A stretch of 64,000 nt of DNA from Hyphochytrium catenoides. Taxonomy: Eukaryota > Protista > Hyphochytriomycota. The stretch lies in the NCBI GenBank assembly GCA_900088475.1, contig FLMG01000171.1:2608-66607 (forward strand). The letters run 5' to 3'. Below are positions 62,943-64,000 of the stretch, in pieces. The stretch's first letter is position 1, and every line of letters starts with the position of its first letter. The notes under the pieces were generated by a model. It was not told the DNA's origin. It saw nothing but the letters and a program-made list of their open reading frames with translations, and did no database searches. A program made the position numbers and the translations under genes.

Positions 62943-64000
62943 CTACACATTATCATGTAGGTAGTCAACGTCGAGTTGTAATATATCAGCCTCACAATCC
63001 TGGTGGGATATAGGAAGGCACTAAGTCTCATAGCTATGAGGATGTGATTAGTGAGGCTAGTGGTGCGCACCAGGAGGCTGCCAAGGTTAGGCTCTGTTCG
63101 TCCCAAGTCGCCATGCACAAACTCCTTAACGTACGTCCCTAAGGGGGACGGCAGCTAATCATTCATAGTTCAAATAGCATTAGATCATCTGTCTCACCTG
63201 CAGAAGTTACCAGCCTTAGCTTCATGTAGTGGCTGTTGATTGGTGTAAAGGACAAAGAATGGACCATCTTCTCTCTTGTAAGAAGCGAGCGTCTGTGCAG
63301 TACACGGACTATAACGAGACTCGGTCAAAGAAGCTACATTCTGTATAAGAGAGTTATGATGTCGCCTTACGGGGAGTCTTCTGCATGATGACTATATCCC
63401 TTATGGCCTCTAGGCGCTTGATTTCATCGCCGGTTATCTCCTTCGACACCCACACGACACAGCTACAGAAATTGTCAAGAGCTCACGTTATATTCCTCTC
63501 TCCTGGTGCGTACTCACCTATAACTCTTGCGCTTGGAGTCAGCCCCAGCTTTAAGGACCTCAAAGTATTCCTAACATTTTTAGTAGGTGTCAGTAGGCAT
63601 TCCGGCGGCAAGAGCGGAAGAGAGAGAAGACCTTATCGGCCATGGATAGGGCTTGCACAGCGACGCGGTTCCGATTTTGTTCGTTTAGCTTTTCTCCCCA
63701 TAACTGCATACGGTGTCAGCATTGCTAACAATGGTCCAGCTCAGGGTGGGGAAAAGATTCTTTACTCGTAATCACCTTTAGTGTTGATGCATCAAACTCA
63801 ACCCGTTTAGCATCTGAGAAAGAGTGTGTTATGCGAGCGTATCAACCTTCACCATTCGACGCTCATACCTAGAAGCTCCAAGACGAACGGTCTGCCATTC
63901 CCTAACATCCTCACGTCCACGTCTTCCCTCCCAGCAGTGTGGAACTTGTATGAGACCGCCTGTGTATGATATACCTCAGAGACACTGGCCATTCTTCTCC
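62943..64000 (-). CDS. PUS10: tRNA pseudouridine synthase Pus10, 3' portion (runs off the window)
   Basis: Minus-strand exons read FHTAGREDVDVRMLGNGRPFVLE, K.KSY, QKTP.RVLHRR, AGTYVKEFVHGDLGRTEP and ADILQLDV. Confidence 0.93.

Overview
Intron-rich, gene-dense eukaryotic nuclear DNA: short GT-AG introns with ctaac/ctgac branch points, and one assembly gap at 56753-56801. The host is a flagellated protist (IFT88 is present); a stramenopile is plausible but that is inference. About 20 protein genes can be assembled by hand, in this order: URI1/Bud27-like 3' end, ILV3, class I HDAC, Tudor-like plus EF-hand protein, CAP-Gly/IQ/PPP/EF-hand (PPEF-like) phosphatase, UAP56, CAMK-type kinase, ERICH3-N-like coiled-coil protein, DgoK-DgoA fusion, snurportin-1, mitochondrial uS17, lipoyl-domain/Kgd4(MRPS36)-like protein, WDR83, FAM104-motif protein, PEX13, glyoxalase II, IFT88, multidomain cyclophilin, BTAF1/Mot1 and the 3' part of PUS10. 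A decayed Ty3/gypsy gag-protease lies at about 36.7-38.3 kb. Best leads: (1) a predicted mitochondrial protein joining an intact E2o-type lipoyl domain to both Kgd4/MRPS36 motifs, i.e. an E3BP-like adaptor for 2-oxoglutarate dehydrogenase; (2) a 7-intron fusion of the bacterial galactonate-catabolism enzymes DgoK and DgoA with an Arg-rich presequence; (3) a CAP-Gly-fused PPEF phosphatase with about 8 EF-hands; (4) a FAM104/VCF-like p97-binding helix in an orphan gene; (5) a 57-bp copy of an exon/intron junction captured next to the retroelement. All family calls come from motif recognition by eye; no searches were run.
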